Assembly (NCBI GenBank): GCA_025839675.1 | Contig: CP104013.1 | Location: forward strand, 3,660,001 to 3,692,000 | Reading direction: 5' to 3' | DNA: 32,000 nt | DNA from: Candidatus Lokiarchaeum ossiferum | GTDB lineage: Archaea > Asgardarchaeota > Lokiarchaeia > Sigyniarchaeales > Promethearchaeaceae | In this document: positions 31,863-32,000 of the stretch, one piece after another | How the letters are laid out: each line of letters opens with the position of its first letter | Position numbering within the stretch: position 1 is the stretch's first letter | The notes under the pieces: model-generated | Told to the model about the DNA's origin: nothing | The model's input: only the letters and a program-made list of their open reading frames with translations | The model's database searches: none | Made by a program: the position numbers and the translations under genes

Positions 31863-32000
31863 TTATGACCCCTTTTTTATCAGTTCATCAGCAATCTGCA
31901 ATGCAGATTCAATGTCTTTGCCCATTCCATCAGCTCCCACTTCTTTCCATAAATTTTTATTTACCATGAATGGAAATCCACCAACCATTATTTTGATGTT
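31863..32000 (-). CDS. C-terminal end of a cobalamin (B12)-binding-domain / corrinoid protein (5' part outside the window)
   Basis: The minus-strand translation NIKIMVGGFPFMVNKNLWKEVGADGMGKDIESALQIADELIKKGS* fits the end of B12-binding Rossmann domains (v-MVGG-p...-GADgy-kDa--A). Only 45 aa are visible. Confidence 0.5.
   Translation of the reverse strand, partial: NIKIMVGGFPFMVNKNLWKEVGADGMGKDIESALQIADELIKKGS

Overview
Visibly AT-rich prokaryotic window. It is probably archaeal: archaeal-type peroxiredoxin, oligo-T tracts after genes, TATA-like boxes, GGAGG/GGTG ribosome-binding sites. An Asgard/Loki-like origin is only an inference. Nt 1-6090 (+) hold a tightly packed histidine operon, hisC(partial)-hisB-hisH-hisF-hisA/hisIE fusion-hisG-hisD, with adjacent or overlapping stop/start codons, followed by a GNAT acetyltransferase. 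Nt 6778-21504 (+) are one uninterrupted 4,908-codon ORF. Its product is almost entirely transmembrane-length hydrophobic segments, with no catalytic domain I can recognise. It contains an internal array of ~299-codon (8-TM) repeats whose three central copies are exactly 897 nt apart. This giant polytopic membrane protein is the standout candidate for something undescribed. Nearly all remaining genes are on the minus strand; the one exception is a small (+) membrane-protein gene at 30982-31407. They comprise a peroxiredoxin interrupted by an in-frame TGA at a conserved Trp position; a 1.25-kb region with no ORF of 60 codons or more that holds a 2.7-copy ~107-bp tandem repeat, each copy carrying the same 22-codon mini-ORF; a QueG/RdhA-like 4Fe-4S protein; a TPR protein with an unassigned C-terminal alpha/beta module; an HxlR regulator; a SAM methyltransferase; a decayed partial duplicate of the nadE 3' end; intact glutamine-dependent nadE; a coiled-coil/Cys4 protein; and the 3' end of a cobalamin-binding-domain gene. 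No transposase, integrase, CRISPR array, tRNA or rRNA was recognised.
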